Source: an uncultured Bacteroidaceae bacterium
GTDB lineage: Bacteria > Bacteroidota > Bacteroidia > Bacteroidales > Bacteroidaceae
Reading direction: 5' to 3'
NCBI GenBank assembly: GCA_905236065.1
Contig: CAJONZ010000065.1
Location: 12,285 to 76,284, forward strand
DNA: 64,000 nucleotides
A program made the translations under genes and the position numbers. Of this stretch, positions 31,108-42,200 are shown in pieces. Position 1 is the stretch's first letter, and every line of letters begins with the position of its first letter. The notes under the pieces were generated by a model. The model had not been told where the DNA came from. It made no database searches and was given only the letters and a program-made list of their open reading frames with translations.

Positions 31108-31197
31108 CACATTGGAAACGATTATAAAGAAAAGCTGCTCCACCAACGGAAATTCTTCAACTTCTGAGCATATAAAATAAAGAAAAATAAATAGCCT

Positions 31198-31464
31198 ATG
31201 TACAAAACAGAAGGATATTGGAATGTGGTGCCGAAGATAAAGCGGCTTTCGTTCCCCAAACGAGGAAAGTTTCAGGTCGATTTGCAAGATGGTCGTAGCA
31301 TCGTAATGCCCTTCTCTGCATTTCCTTCCCTGAAGCGTGTTCCCGTCAGTGAACGTCCAAAATGGTATCTCATGGGCGGAGGCGTAACATGGGATTCCTG
31401 TCCAGAAGTCATTCACATTGAACAGATTCTGGGCAACTATCAAAACTATGCCCATGAAGTATGA
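31198..31464 (+). CDS. DUF2442 family protein
   Basis: 88 aa. FQVDLQDGRSIVMPFSAFPSLKRVPVSERPKWYLMGGGVTWDSCPEVIHIEQIL fits the DUF2442 pattern. A TATATTTG -7 box lies at 31100. Confidence 0.55.
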   Translation: MYKTEGYWNVVPKIKRLSFPKRGKFQVDLQDGRSIVMPFSAFPSLKRVPVSERPKWYLMGGGVTWDSCPEVIHIEQILGNYQNYAHEV

Positions 31465-31741
31465 CGAACAACAATAAACTCAATATTAACAATTTAAAAA
31501 CATTTCATTAACCATGTGGCACTGAGCTGAATGACATATTAACATAATACTTGGACTTCGTGTCCTTGTTCTTGTTCATCTGAATTACCGCCAATTATTC
31601 ACGTATGAGGACAGGCATTGCAAGTTCACGTCCGTTGGGCGTGGATTGTTCTTGCTTTCTATACGTGAGGCGTACTTGGCGGTAAGCCCAGATGAACGGA
31701 AATGCATCAGAGCAGTTCCGCCTTTTTTATTTCTATTCACT

Positions 31742-32130
31742 ATGAAAAAGCTATTCCCTTCTATGGCTGCAGCCGTACTGACAACCAAGGCTTTGCCCAA
31801 AACGTAGTAGCGACCTTGAGCCACGGCAGTAAATTCACAACGTTCTATGGCGCACAGACCTTTGTCAATGCCCATGCTGATGCCCTGCATGGCGACGTGA
31901 TTACCTTGTCGGGGGGTTCTTTTGCTCCTGTCAACATCACCCAAGCAGTCACAATCCGTGGCAAAGGCATGAAGCCAAATACAAATAGTGGCGTGCCCAC
32001 AACCATTTTTGGATATTTCTCTGTGAGCATTCCTGATTCTATTGATGGCGCATTGACAATGGAAGGGCTATACCACAATTTTACCATAACCTTCCCCAAT
32101 TTACTATATGAATTGGAGGACAGCGTGTAG
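31742..32130 (+). pseudogene. Frameshifted, truncated remnant of a secreted beta-helix-type surface protein
   Basis: ATG 31742 encodes the signal-like peptide MKKLFPSMAAAVLTTKALPKT and then hits a stop. A different frame (track ORF 31702..32130) continues ATLSHGSKFTTFYGAQTFVNAHADALHGDVITLSGGSFAPVNITQAVTIRGKG, which resembles the N-terminus of large Bacteroidales surface proteins, and ends after about 140 aa. Confidence 0.5.
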
Positions 32131-32179
32131 TCTGAGGTGGATAAGAATTTATGGAATTATAAAAAATAATACGATAACA

Positions 32180-32503
32180 ATGATTAATTTAAAATTCCCT
32201 GTCAACGAAATTGACAATGACAAATTTCAGGTCATTGTAGATATGTCGTTATACGCAAAAGAATCTCTCGTAGCGGCGTGTTACAAGTTTACGGACCTCT
32301 TTTACATCCATCAACAATCAATAGATAATAACGTAGAAGTAGTCTTTGAATCCAAGGATGGCAATACTGTTACAAATACTACAATTAAACAGTTTTGCAA
32401 TGAACTCATAGACCAGCAGGTTCGCTATAATACGAATCTGCAATTTGGCCATATCCGTGATTTAATAGTTGAAGAAGCATTTACATGGCAAAGACATCAG
32501 TAA
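32180..32503 (+). CDS. HxsD-like small protein (His-Xaa-Ser system protein D family), orphan
   Basis: Start moved to ATG 32180 (MINLKFPV...). LYAKESLVAACYKFTDLFYI...FCNELIDQQVRYNTNLQFGHIRDLIVEEAF matches my memory of the HxsD pattern (aaY.ftd, F.NeL.dq.lR, iR.li...AF). No radical-SAM partners are present. Confidence 0.45.
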   Translation: MINLKFPVNEIDNDKFQVIVDMSLYAKESLVAACYKFTDLFYIHQQSIDNNVEVVFESKDGNTVTNTTIKQFCNELIDQQVRYNTNLQFGHIRDLIVEEAFTWQRHQ

Positions 32504-32582
32504 TCCGAAATTTTGTGTAAAAATGCAGTAAATTTCGAATTGAAATAAGCATGAGAAACGTGAAAGAGTGGAGAAAGAATCC

Positions 32583-33149
32583 CTACCCTCGCATGAAACG
32601 ACGGGGTAATTTATGCTGCCAAAGCAGGCGGTAAAGGGCTAAGAGATAGCGACGAAGGGGAAACAGGCGGGGCCAGAGGAAAGAATAGACTTTCCAGGCG
32701 GTGGAGGTGTCGAGGTTGTAAGGTTTGTTTTTCCGAATGACGGTAATGAGGCGGGCACGAACGTCTTGAAGCCGACATTGTTCTGTGCCTTGTACGTTGC
32801 CATCACCTCGCATCGTTAAGCGGTCGCCATCAAGACGTTCTACTCGATGGCAGACAAAAACACCCTTGGAGATTTCCGCCAGTACCACGTCCCCCACCCT
32901 GACACGGTCAACCTGCGCAAAGACCAGACGGTCGCGGTTGTGCTCAATGAAGGGCATCATGCTATAGCCACGGGCAATGATGGTGCCAGTAGCGCCTTCC
33001 TCGGCCATTTGTGCCAAAAAGAGCGGGATGAATTTTTCATTGGGAAAAAGCTTGACGGGGTACTCGGGTTCCTTCCTTGGGCGAGCCGACCCGAATCTCC
33101 GCAGACGGCGACATAGACGCAACAGTTTTGACCAAAGACGATGAATCAT
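32583..33149 (-). CDS. S24/S26-type (LexA/signal-peptidase-like) serine peptidase
   Basis: GTIIARGYSMMPFI (GxSMxP nucleophile motif) followed by a beta-rich core. Preferred start is ATG 33149, which forms an ATGA overlap with the stop of the upstream kinase-like gene. Confidence 0.6.
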   Translation of the reverse strand: MIHRLWSKLLRLCRRLRRFGSARPRKEPEYPVKLFPNEKFIPLFLAQMAEEGATGTIIARGYSMMPFIEHNRDRLVFAQVDRVRVGDVVLAEISKGVFVCHRVERLDGDRLTMRGDGNVQGTEQCRLQDVRARLITVIRKNKPYNLDTSTAWKVYSFLWPRLFPLRRYLLALYRLLWQHKLPRRFMRG

Positions 33150-34054
33150 ACGGCACGGATGGTTTCGTAGCTCAAGCGACAAGCTGCCTCATCGGGCAAA
33201 CATTCAAGAAGATAGGTCGGAACACGCTGCATGACGGCAGAAACGGTATCGCAGGTGCAAACGTAGTTGCGATCGTCCCATTTCATCACGGAACAAGAGG
33301 GCAAGATGGAGGCAAAAGACTCCACGACCGTTTGACGGCGGATTTTATTATAGGGAGCCTGCTGCAACTGCAAGAATGCGCCAATCGGTGCCTCCACATT
33401 ACGATAGCAGGGAGTCTTTCCACTCCACGGAGAGCCATAGACCGTCGCAATGCCTTCAGGCGTGAGACGCACGACGGGGTTGTCGTCGTTCATCAGGTCG
33501 GTGCCGGGAATGTGCTTGAGCCAGAGCCCTGTATGTGTGCTTTTTCCCGTACCACTCACACCGAGGCAGAGATACCCATAACCGTCCTTCCGAACAACAG
33601 AGGCATGAACAAGCAGGGTGTTCTGAAGGGAACCGGCAAAGGCGTACATCATCATGAGCGCATTGTTGAGTCCAAAGGTACACATGTCGTAATTACCATT
33701 AAGACAGACCTTTGCAGTGGAGAAGTTGGAAGGGAACTCCAATAGGCAGCACTGGCGGCCCTGAACGTCGGAAACCAGAATCTGATAAGTGCCATCAGGC
33801 AAACGATAGACACCATGATTGTTGCCACCACAGTCGAACTGGCCGATTTCCATGCCTTTGGATGCTGGACGCCATGCGTCGTCAACGGTCAACGTGAAAA
33901 GGTAGTTGCCATCAGCGGGCTCATCCACACGGAACGGCTCGCTGGAAGGCAGGAGACGAGAAGAGTTTTTCCCGTCGTTGAAACTGATTTTATAATGATG
34001 GCCGCCTACACGATAATAGGCGGTCGTCGCTTGAATGTCTTTTTCTTTTTCCAT
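33146..34054 (-). CDS. HPr-kinase C-terminal-domain-like P-loop protein (HprK-related kinase)
   Basis: 302 aa. LLVHASVVRKDGYGYLCLGVSGTGKSTHTGLWLKHIPGTDLMNDDNPVV parallels the HprK C-terminal core (HA..v...G.gvli.G.SG.GKS.....L......l..DD). The N-terminal 150 aa or so are unassigned. Confidence 0.55.
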   Translation of the reverse strand: MEKEKDIQATTAYYRVGGHHYKISFNDGKNSSRLLPSSEPFRVDEPADGNYLFTLTVDDAWRPASKGMEIGQFDCGGNNHGVYRLPDGTYQILVSDVQGRQCCLLEFPSNFSTAKVCLNGNYDMCTFGLNNALMMMYAFAGSLQNTLLVHASVVRKDGYGYLCLGVSGTGKSTHTGLWLKHIPGTDLMNDDNPVVRLTPEGIATVYGSPWSGKTPCYRNVEAPIGAFLQLQQAPYNKIRRQTVVESFASILPSCSVMKWDDRNYVCTCDTVSAVMQRVPTYLLECLPDEAACRLSYETIRAV

Positions 34055-34078
34055 ATCAAAGGAAGCGTGAGTGTGTCA

Positions 34079-35404
34079 TTAGTTCCCTGTCTCCGTGGTG
34101 TTGCGCTTGGTAGGCCAGACGGCCTTTGCCCAGTCGGTTTCGTAGTATCCGGTAGCAAACCATTTGTTTCTCAGGGCATATTTCTGAAGCGGTATGTACA
34201 TGGTCACTCCACTGTATTGCAGAGGGTCAACCCTATTGTCTGAGCGATTGTTAAATACGGAATACCAATGGTCGGTATGCGCCTGACTCAAGAACATGGT
34301 AGAGAACTGAGCGTTCCAGGTTTCAAAATCCTCCTCACTGAGAGCAGCCTTCATTACGCCCCGCATGTCATAATAATCGGAGTAAGGATTTCTGTAATAA
34401 TAATCCCATTTGAAATAGTTCAGCACATTGGAATAGTCCATATTGAGCAAGGTTTCCTTGTATTGCTCAAGGTATGGCTGCGTGATGCTTGCCACATACT
34501 CCAGTTTGGAACAATCCACAGCGGACAACAGGATTCCGTAGAGTTGGTCGGTGGCATAATAATTATAATAGGCATCGGTCATTCCCTCTACGTAGCCACT
34601 GTCTGAGAACATCGGGCCAATCATCTGATGGTATGGTGCCCCCTCTCCAGGCACTTCAGCCGGAGAAGCAATGATATAGCGTGTGCAGTTGCGAAGCTGA
34701 TAGAGCACCTCTATGTTCTGCATAAAACAAGCATCAAAAAGAATGAAATCAACTGGGCCGAAATTCAGCAAAGCACGGCGCATGTCGTCGATGGAAAGCT
34801 GCGAACCAGCATTGGCCACGGTATTCAGGCCATTATCATAGCCAAAAGCACGACGAGGTTTGGCACCCCATGACTCTGAATGATTGGCATCAGCTTCCGG
34901 TTGGGGAGGAAGCCAACCGGAGCCATGTGACCAGAACACCAAGCGATAGTTCTGCGAAGGATAGTTGCCTTTAATGTATTGCAAAACACTGTCCAACACC
35001 TCGTATGAACAAGAGTTGAGGTCTTGCTCATAGGTTTTTACAGGGGTAAGACTGTTGAAACTTTCATTTTGGCTTGCGGCGGTTATGTCATAGATTTTAG
35101 GCAGTCCCGTGTTGTCGGTGTAAAGAATCAGATGGTCTGTCTCGCCGACGTTTTTCATGCCTCCCAGCATTTCGTTGATGTCCTTGGACATATTTCCTGC
35201 CAAAGAATTTTCTGCCGCCATATAAACAATGACTACCTTCCCGATTTGGGGATTGGGTTCTTCCTCTTGTTCGTCATTCTTGCAGGAAACAGCCACGAAA
35301 ACCAGCAGCAAAAGACACAAGAAAAACTTCAGACTGGCAAAAACTTCCGTCGCAGCGTTGCGAAGAAGCGGCAAGGATGTCATATATTGATTTGTCTTAT
35401 TCAT
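34079..35404 (-). CDS. C11 (clostripain-family) cysteine peptidase, lipoprotein
   Basis: Lipobox FVAVSC. VIVYMAAENSL, catalytic His in VFWSHGSGWLP and Cys in ILFDACFMQNIEV. Confidence 0.75.
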   Translation of the reverse strand: MNKTNQYMTSLPLLRNAATEVFASLKFFLCLLLLVFVAVSCKNDEQEEEPNPQIGKVVIVYMAAENSLAGNMSKDINEMLGGMKNVGETDHLILYTDNTGLPKIYDITAASQNESFNSLTPVKTYEQDLNSCSYEVLDSVLQYIKGNYPSQNYRLVFWSHGSGWLPPQPEADANHSESWGAKPRRAFGYDNGLNTVANAGSQLSIDDMRRALLNFGPVDFILFDACFMQNIEVLYQLRNCTRYIIASPAEVPGEGAPYHQMIGPMFSDSGYVEGMTDAYYNYYATDQLYGILLSAVDCSKLEYVASITQPYLEQYKETLLNMDYSNVLNYFKWDYYYRNPYSDYYDMRGVMKAALSEEDFETWNAQFSTMFLSQAHTDHWYSVFNNRSDNRVDPLQYSGVTMYIPLQKYALRNKWFATGYYETDWAKAVWPTKRNTTETGN

Positions 35405-35452
35405 AAAGCATGGCTTATATCAAGATTGACCGATAGTAAACAACTGCGTGTG

Positions 35453-36040
35453 TTATTGTGCGGCCTCCACCTTGTCTTGATTCATCAAATCAAGCGGATG
35501 GATGAAATGAAACTGGTCGGTCGAAATGGTTGTGACAACGCTGTTGGGCTTGGATAGCAGACGGTGTTTAACTTTCGTCAAACGTTTCTGTAATTTCTTT
35601 TTGTTCGTATCAAAAAAGACGCTGGTCGTCTGCTTGACCAGGCCCAGTTTTCCTTCCGTATATTGCTGAAGCTGAATGCTGAAAAAAGAGCGAAACGGAA
35701 GGAACTTAGTCTTTTTCTGCAACGAGATGCTATCTACCTCATTGATGTCCGTTACATAAACTTCATCTTTCCCCAACGTGAGGGAAACGCCAAAGACATA
35801 GACTTTTCCGTTCGTCTTTTCCAGGGCGAACTCATTCACTGTCTCTTTGGAACTCTTGCCTTTCTTAACCTCTTGCTTTTGCGCCTTGGCTTTCTGCTTT
35901 TTTATCTTTTCGTTACCTTCCAGACTGTTTGGCATCCTTCCGTCAGGATTCGTCTGACCGGCAACCTGTGCCCGGAGCGGCAATAGCGTTACGAACAGCA
36001 TCAGGGCAAAAAGGGGCGATTTGTATTTTATATGCATCAT
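35453..36040 (-). CDS. Hypothetical secreted protein
   Basis: The track start 36064 is GTG. ATG 36040 gives MMHIKYKSPLFALMLFVTLLPLRAQ (signal peptide). A Lys-rich linker follows, then a conserved-looking C-terminal domain. No family recognised. Confidence 0.4.
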   Translation of the reverse strand: MMHIKYKSPLFALMLFVTLLPLRAQVAGQTNPDGRMPNSLEGNEKIKKQKAKAQKQEVKKGKSSKETVNEFALEKTNGKVYVFGVSLTLGKDEVYVTDINEVDSISLQKKTKFLPFRSFFSIQLQQYTEGKLGLVKQTTSVFFDTNKKKLQKRLTKVKHRLLSKPNSVVTTISTDQFHFIHPLDLMNQDKVEAAQ

Positions 36041-36160
36041 GATGTATTGTAAGAAACAGAACACTCGGTATTGTGTGTGAAAGTGTCTCTGTGGTTTATA
36101 TTTTCTTTTAAAAACAGGAAACGGGGGATTGGAATCCCCCGATTAGATGTAAAGCACAGC

Positions 36161-37021
36161 TTAACCCAAATAAGACTTGAGCAATTTACTCCGCGAATTA
36201 GCACGGAGACGGCGGATGGCTTTTTCCTTGATTTGTCTTACACGCTCACGGGTGAGATTGAAGCGGTCGCCAATCTCTTCGAGCGTTTTTTCTTGTTCGC
36301 CAATGCCGAAAAACATGCGGATGATATCCTTCTCACGAGGGGTCAGCGTGTCGAGTGTGCGGTCAATCTCCTTGGCCAGCGACTCGCTCACCAATGAGCG
36401 GTCGGCCATCGGTGAATCGTCGTTCACCAGCACATCCAACAGGCTGTTGTCCTCTCCCTCTACAAATGGTGCGTCAACACTGATGTGACGGCCACTGACC
36501 TTCATCGTGTCGGCCACCTTGTCAACCGGGAGTTCCAACTGCTCCGCCAGTTCCTCTGCAGAAGGACGTCGTTCGTTTTCCTGCTCAAACTTTGAAAATG
36601 CCTTGCTGATTTTGTTAAGAGAACCAACTTGATTCAAAGGAAGACGGACGATGCGGCTCTGCTCGGCCAAAGCCTGAAGGATGCTCTGGCGAATCCACCA
36701 AACCGCATAACTGATGAACTTAAAACCACGGGTTTCGTCGAATTTCTCGGCTGCCTTGATAAGACCCAGATTTCCCTCGTTGATGAGGTCGGGCAAACTC
36801 AAACCCTGATTCTGGTACTGTTTTGCTACAGAAACGACAAAACGCAAATTGGCTCTGGTCAGTTTTTCAAGCGCACGGCGATCTCCTTTACGGATACGAC
36901 CGGCAAGCTCTACTTCCTCTTCCACCGTAATCAAGTCTTCACGACCGATTTCCTGCAAATACTTATCAAGCGATGCACTCTCTCGATTCGTGATACTTTT
37001 CGTAATCTTTAATTGTCTCAT
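36161..37021 (-). CDS. rpoD: Primary RNA polymerase sigma factor (Bacteroidota sigma-A)
   Basis: Start moved to ATG 37021 ([26 protein letters not shown]), giving 286 aa. Region 2 [13 protein letters not shown]; region 4.2 [33 protein letters not shown] -7 box lies at 37083. Confidence 0.9.
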   Translation of the reverse strand: MRQLKITKSITNRESASLDKYLQEIGREDLITVEEEVELAGRIRKGDRRALEKLTRANLRFVVSVAKQYQNQGLSLPDLINEGNLGLIKAAEKFDETRGFKFISYAVWWIRQSILQALAEQSRIVRLPLNQVGSLNKISKAFSKFEQENERRPSAEELAEQLELPVDKVADTMKVSGRHISVDAPFVEGEDNSLLDVLVNDDSPMADRSLVSESLAKEIDRTLDTLTPREKDIIRMFFGIGEQEKTLEEIGDRFNLTRERVRQIKEKAIRRLRANSRSKLLKSYLG

Positions 37022-37082
37022 ACAAAAGATAAAATGATTTACATGTGGCGCATACGTATGTACACAACACACGTTTGAAGTA

Positions 37083-37090
37083 CAAAGGTA
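37083..37090 (-). promoter_or_regulatory. -7 box TACCTTTG (rpoD)
   Basis: CAAAGGTA on the plus strand, 62 nt upstream of start 37021. Confidence 0.5.
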
Positions 37091-37262
37091 CGAAAAAACA
37101 TCCATACCCGTGCATTCAAACGTGTATTTTTAAGATTTATTGTACAAAAAGCTGTCGGCATCAGACTTTGATTCCTGTTTACGGCTCAAATGAAGTACAA
37201 CAAATTGAATAAGTTCCTTCAGCTGACCCACGCTCAAACCTATAGGTCAGCATAGACAAATC

Positions 37263-37724
37263 TTACTTTTTCTCTTTCAAAAGGTCGCGGATTTCAGCAA
37301 GCAGCACTTCCTCATGGGATGGTTCGGGCTCGGGAGCCGCTTCTGCTACAGCTGCCTCTTTCTTCTTCTTGAGCTCCGTCAAACGGGTAATACCCTTAAT
37401 CATGAAGAAGATGGCCAATGCGATAATCAGGAAGTCAATGACATTCTGGATGAACATGCCATAGTTCAGCGTGACAGCCTCTGTAGCCGCAGCCACCTCG
37501 TTCCCTGCCTCATCAAGAACTGCAGGAGCAGCATCCTTCAGAACCATCTTCAAGTCCTTGAAGTCAACGCCACCTGTAAGAACTCCAATAGGAGGCATAA
37601 TCACGTCGTTCACCAACGAACTAACAATTTTTCCAAAAGCACCGCCGATGATAACACCGACAGCCATGTCAACCACATTGCCCTTCAGTGCAAATGCCTT
37701 GAAATCATCAATGAATTTTCCCAT
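37263..37724 (-). CDS. mscL: Large-conductance mechanosensitive channel
   Basis: [40 protein letters not shown]; 153 aa. Confidence 0.9.
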   Translation of the reverse strand: MGKFIDDFKAFALKGNVVDMAVGVIIGGAFGKIVSSLVNDVIMPPIGVLTGGVDFKDLKMVLKDAAPAVLDEAGNEVAAATEAVTLNYGMFIQNVIDFLIIALAIFFMIKGITRLTELKKKKEAAVAEAAPEPEPSHEEVLLAEIRDLLKEKK

Positions 37725-37851
37725 AATAAATTAAAGTCTTAAATTATAATAATGATAAATGTATTTTACGTTTTCCCGTTTGCAAGCCCCAAAGATGCTA
37801 AATTGTTTTAAGAGAAATATTTTTCTCACTAAAAAATTACCAAATCACTTG

Positions 37852-37859
37852 CAAAGTTA
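37852..37859 (-). promoter_or_regulatory. -7 box TAACTTTG (mscL)
   Basis: CAAAGTTA on the plus strand, 128 nt upstream of start 37724. It sits back-to-back with the plus-strand box at 37873. Confidence 0.4.
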
Positions 37860-37872
37860 AAATATTTATTTG

Positions 37873-37880
37873 TAACTTTG
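37873..37880 (+). promoter_or_regulatory. -7 box TAACTTTG (micro-ORF and gap)
   Basis: Exact match 20 nt upstream of the micro-ORF ATG 37900 and 255 nt upstream of gap. No other consensus box lies before gap. Confidence 0.45.
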
Positions 37881-37899
37881 TCGTTGAAATAGAAAAAAA

Positions 37900-37995
37900 A
37901 TGATGAAAACCCGCATTTTATTATATATAATAATATGTGTCACTTTAGCACTCATCGTTTCGTGCAAGACGGCTCACTATTGTAATTGCGGTTAA
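37900..37995 (+). CDS. Candidate 31-aa micro-lipoprotein (leader ORF of gap)
   Basis: Hand-found ORF, below the track cutoff: MMKTRILLYIIICVTLALIVSCKTAHYCNCG followed by a stop. It has a signal sequence plus the lipobox LIVSC. The ATG lies 20 nt after a consensus TAACTTTG -7 box (37873..37880). Confidence 0.35.
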   Translation: MMKTRILLYIIICVTLALIVSCKTAHYCNCG

Positions 37996-38119
37996 TTTCA
38001 GGTGTGTGCCCATAGCTCCACCAAACATCAGGTCAGTCAAGACCCAAAAAGAGAGTGAAAGCCTCCTTTCAGAGGATAAAGCTATTTATGAGATAAATAA
38101 CATATTTTTTAACCCTTAA

Positions 38120-39163
<1,044 letters not shown>

Positions 39164-39202
39164 TCTAAATAGTCAAACGATTTAAAACCGTTAATCATGA
39201 AT

Positions 39203-39239
39203 GGGGATGCATCATCACCGATGCATCCCCTCTTTTGTT
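39203..39239 (+). terminator. Terminator after gap, convergent with the end of the NRPS block
   Basis: GGGGATGCAT (39203..39212) pairs perfectly with ATGCATCCCC (39221..39230), followed by TCTTTTGTT. Confidence 0.7.
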
Positions 39240-39280
39240 ATTCTATACCCACCTGTATAACCAACGTTTTGTACACTAAT

Positions 39281-42200
39281 TTACACGGTAAAATAATCAA
39301 AGCCAACGATGGTGTGAACGAAACGACGGACGTAGTCGAACGCCGTGGGTGGCCATTGAAAGCCGAAACGGTAAAGAACCTGGGTGGTATAGTCATTGTC
39401 AGACTCAATCCAGCGCATGTCGTGGCTATTGCTGAGATTGTAGGCCATCAAGGGACGGAGGAGGGTAACAAGGTCGGGATTGGACATCATTTGTTCAAGA
39501 GCCTTCTGGAAATCCTCCTTCTCCACCCGAGGAAGCTTGATACCGGCAATGGCGAAACCCGTAAGGATGTCTGCCATATACTGACGGTGGACGTTGTAGG
39601 GATGAAAAACAGTACACTCACGAGGAGTGGTTGCGAGAAGCATGATGGCATGAGCCACCTCATCGACGGGCGAGAACTCGAATACCTGACTAAGCGCTTC
39701 GTAAGGCACCATGCCAATGATAACGTAGGCACGGAGCAGGGCCAAGAAATTGTTCGTGTTGAAATTAATCTGGAACTCGCCGTCCTTCTGGCGTGCAGAT
39801 AGGTTGCCAACGCGCATAATCTTGGCATTTAGGCCTTGGTTGGCGATGGCATCGAGGACTAACTCCTCTGCCTTGTATTTGGAATAGACATATTTATTCT
39901 CGTCAATGTTTTGGCCGAGCCAAAGGTCTTGCTCCGTGAGTTTGACATCAGGACCAGGGAAACCATCGACACTGAGACCGGCAATACTGGTTGTAGAGAT
40001 ATGGATAAGACGGGAACCTGTGCGCAAACAGAAAGTGATGAGATGGCGCACAGACTCGATGTTGACCATTTCGATGTCATTGCCGGCAGAGAAGTGCTTG
40101 ACATTAGCGACGCAGTTGACAACAGTCAATTGATTGTTGAGACTATCGAAGGCTTCGGGCTTGATAACCTCGGCAGCAAAGACTTGAACGCGATTATCGA
40201 AGTGACGGAAAGCTTCGGTCTTACCAAAATAGTAGAAGTACAAGGATTTGAGTCGGCTGAAAGTCTTTTCGTCGCTCTTTGCCCGGATAGGACAGAGGAT
40301 GCGGCACTCGTAATGCAATAGCAACTCATTGAGGATGTGCATACCGAGGTAACCTGTAGCGCCTGTAAGCAATACATCGCCAATGGGCTGACGCTCGCCA
40401 TTGCGGAAAGCATCAAGAGTATTGGCTGCCAGAACCTCCCTTACTCCACATGGAAGGGAAACGACTGTACCATCATTCGCAGCGGGCAGAACGGCGGCAG
40501 CTCCTTTCCCTTGAACCCTGTCCTTTTGGGAAAGGGATACAGATTGGGGCTGTAATTTCTCTTTTGCCAAAAAGACGGCGAGAGAACGGGGAGTCTTTTG
40601 GTTGAACAAGTCGTTAAAGACAATCTGCACACCATGCTTGCCGGCCTCCACAATTACTTTGATAGCATTGAGACTGGTGCCGCCAATCTCGAAGAAGTCG
40701 TCGAGGGCACCCACTTGCTCAATGCCGAGAACCTCAGCGAAGATGTTTGCAAAAAGCTGCTCCGTTTCGCCTTCGGGAGCGACGTATTCTGTGGCACGTT
40801 TCAATTCGGGCACAGGCAGCGCCTTGCGATTAATCTTGCCGTTGGGTGTCATGGGCATGGTTTCGAGACACATGTAGGCATCAGGCACCATGAACTCAGC
40901 CAATGACGATGCAGACAGAGCAGCACGAATAGAGTCCTCACTGAGAGAAAAGCCATCAGCCACAGTATAATAAAGTACGAGATGTTCGTTGCCCATAACC
41001 TTGCGAACTTCGGCTGCTGCCTGACGGATGCCGTCTATGTTCAGTGCCTTGCTCTCGATTTCGCCGAGTTCAATGCGGAAGCCACGCAATTTCACCTGGG
41101 TATCTATGCGCCCAAGGTACTCAATCTGTCCGTCGTCGTTCCAACGGCAAAGGTCGCCCGTGTGATACATCTGGACTGGGCGCCCCCAACGGTCAGCCTC
41201 AACGAAGGGACAATCGACAAACGACTTGGCCGTGCGTTCAGGCAGTCGCCAGTAACCCCATCCCACTTGTACTCCGGCAAAGCAGAGTTCACCAGCCACC
41301 CCCTGTGGCACAAGATGTCCTGCGGTATCGACGATGAAATTCCAGTTGTTGGCAACGCTTTGGCCAATGGGAATGTTTTCCACGCGGCATCCTGGAGCAA
41401 TCCTATAATAAGAAGTGTCGTCGGTACATTCGGTAGGCCCGTAAACGTTGATTATTTCGATGCGGTCGCTAAAAACACCGTCCATTTTCTCACCACCACC
41501 GGTAATAAAGCGGATGGGCAGGTCGTCGAAGGTGTTGAGCAACAAACAAGTCATGGCTGTCGAATAGCCACCACCAGTGATGCGGTGTTCAATGAGGAAC
41601 TGACGGATGGCATTAAGATCCTTGCGGATTTCCGTCGGCATGATATGGAACGAACCGCCAAGGGTGAGCACGGGATACATGTCCTCGATGTGGGCGTCGA
41701 ACGAGAACGAACGATGGCCACTGATGCGGTCTTCGGACGTCAAATGCTCCATATCGATGACCACGGCAATGAAATTCCTCAGACCAGCCTGATGGAGCAT
41801 GGCGCCTTTCGGCTTTCCTGTGGAACCACTGGTGTAAATCATGTAAGCGAGGCCGTCAGGCTTCGACAGGTCGATGGGGACGTCCGACGAAGAACCGTCG
41901 GAAACAGTACCCTCAGCCATGAAGTCATCAATGAAGAAAGTCTTGGCTAAAGCAGTATCAAAATTCCCTTCTGCTTTTTTTGCTTCAAGTACTTCATGCG
42001 TAGTAATCAAAACCTTCGACTCGGAGTTCTCCAACATATAACTCAGACGCTCATTGGGATATTCGAAGTCAAGAGGCGTATAAGCGGCGCCAGCTTTGTG
42101 GATGGCAAGGACGGAGAGTGGAAACTCTTTGGTGCGGTCAAGCATGACGCAGACGAAATCATCGGGCTTTACACCAAAGTCGATGAGCCGATGAGCCAGT

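Noticed and set aside
30870-31127. 85-aa ORF covering the 12-mer repeat array
   Set aside because: Its sequence is just the translated repeats (…QNSIEDNAELFSIPRRTLQ…), and it runs through the -7 box of the DUF2442 gene. It is more likely non-coding regulatory DNA.
31096-31944. Minus-strand ORFs 31096..31455 and 31585..31944 in the AT-rich islet
   Set aside because: They are antisense to the DUF2442 gene and to the surface-protein remnant respectively. No motifs or signal features were seen.
30915-32582. Calling the AT-rich islet a mobile element
   Set aside because: I could find no integrase, transposase, tRNA target or flanking direct or inverted terminal repeats. It is reported as a compositional islet only.
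30528-35404. Possibility that the PqqD/kinase/peptidase set is a lasso-peptide cluster
   Set aside because: No asparagine-synthetase-like lasso cyclase and no transglutaminase-type leader peptidase are present, and I found no precursor-like small ORF. I kept it only as an uncharacterised peptide-maturation-like set.
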